Shown one piece after another: positions 62,847-64,000 of a DNA stretch of 64,000 bases. Every line of letters begins with the position of its first letter. Within the stretch, counting starts at the first letter, position 1. The notes under the pieces were generated by a model, which saw only the letters and a program-made list of their open reading frames with translations, was not told the DNA's origin and ran no database searches. This stretch comes from Octopus vulgaris. Its lineage: Eukaryota. Location: the NCBI GenBank assembly GCA_951406725.2, contig OX597814.1, positions 219,542,001-219,606,000 on the forward strand, given 5' to 3'. Made by a program: the position numbers and the translations under genes.

Positions 62847-63322
62847 TCATCATCATCATCATTAATGTCCGCTTTCCATGCTGGCATGGGTTGGATGATT
62901 TGACTGAGGACTGGTGAACCAGATGAGTGCACCAGGCTTCAATCTGATCTGGCAGAGTTTCTACAGCTGGATGCCCTTCCTAATGCCAACCACTCCGAGA
63001 GTGTAGAGGGTGCTTTTATGTGCCATTGACACGAGGGCCAGTCAGGCGGTACTGGCAACAGCCACGCTCAAATGGTATTTTTTTATGTGCCACCTGCACA
63101 GGAGCCAGTTCAGTGGCACTGGCAACGACCTTGCTCGAATATTTTTTCACATATCACTGGCACATGTGCCAGTAAGGTGACGCTGGTAACAATCATGCTC
63201 GAATGGTGCTTTTTATGTGCCACCGGCACGGAAGCCAGCCAGCTGCTCTGGCAGTGATCCTGCTCGGATGATGCTCTTAGCGCTCCACTAGCACGGATGC
63301 CAGTCCTCGATTTCGATTTCGA
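62847..63322 (-). mobile_element. RTE 3' end, diverged subfamily with heterogeneous hairpin units
   Basis: (CAT)n, terminal hairpin, repeated gtgctttttatgtgcca motif with differing intervening sequence. Confidence 0.8.
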
Positions 63323-63468
63323 TATATTTTCTGTTTACATGGAAAGTATAAATACAAGTTGCTCACAAGATGACACAGTGCTAAATATTTTTTTAATTAA
63401 TGATTATAAAATTAAGCAAAATAATTACTTTGTTTTTTTTTTTTTTCTGCAGTATTAATAAGGAGTGA

Positions 63469-63817
63469 GTGAAGGCGCATGGCTCAGTGGTTAGAGCGTC
63501 GAGCTTACGATCGTGAGGTTGTGAGCTTGAATCCCGGACTGGGCTGCATGTTGTGTTCTTGAGCAAGACACTTTATTTCACGTTGCTCCAGTTCACTTAG
63601 CTGTAGAAATGAGTTGCGACGTCACGAGTGCCAAGCTGTATCGGCCCCTTTGTCTTTCCCTTGGATAACACTGGTGGCGTGGAGAGGGGAGGCCGGTATG
63701 CATGGGCGACTGCTGGTCCTCCATAAACAACCATGCCCAGACTTGTGACTAGGAGGGTAACTTTCTAGGTGCAATCCCATAGTCAGTGTCGTGACTGAAG
63801 GGGGTCCCGGATCCCGG
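63469..63817 (+). mobile_element. Full-length tRNA-derived SINE family D
   Basis: ggcgcatggctcagtggttagagcg...ttgaatccc head; cttgagcaagacact CORE-like domain; 12-bp TSD aataaggagtga (63457-63468, 63818-63829). Confidence 0.85.
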
Positions 63818-63958
63818 AATAAGGAGTGAAATGAAAACAAAATATAGATATTTATATTTTGTTTTTGTGTGTTTCTGTATGTTTTTCAGCATAGAGACAA
63901 CTCAGCACAGTTTCAAAAAAAATAAAGAAAAAAAAAAAAACCTTCATTATGTAACAGA

Positions 63959-64000
63959 CGCAGGAGTGGCTGTGTGGTATGTAGCTTGCTTACAAACCAC
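63959..64000 (+). mobile_element. Start of a SINE family A copy
   Basis: gcaggagtggctgtgtgg head at the window edge. Confidence 0.75.

Overview
AT-rich, repeat-dense eukaryotic DNA. The SINE, RTE and Helitron families point to an octopod cephalopod; this is inferred from recognising the repeats, not from a search. No intact host gene is visible, and nearly all listed ORFs are spurious frames through repeats or microsatellites. Main content: (1) a decayed, formerly autonomous ~7.5 kb Rep/Pif1-helicase Helitron (8242-15809, minus) carrying nested insertions, plus five non-autonomous Helitrons; (2) an RTE LINE family (one RT-coding fragment and about 20 3'-end copies with a variable ~60-bp hairpin minisatellite and (GAT)n tails); (3) CR1-like, R4/Dong-like and Tx1/L1-like fragments; (4) three mariner relics and several MITEs; (5) four tRNA-headed SINE families; (6) a CpG-retaining, TE-poor 23.5-31 kb domain that looks like a promoter/first-exon region, with a candidate MAASCIYE exon. 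The most notable signal is a set of type I hammerhead ribozyme motifs of Penelope-like style. Two sit in the arms of a 525-bp foldback, one is split by a SINE inserted into its stem II, and several more are minimal or degenerate. All structures were read by eye and need computational and experimental confirmation.
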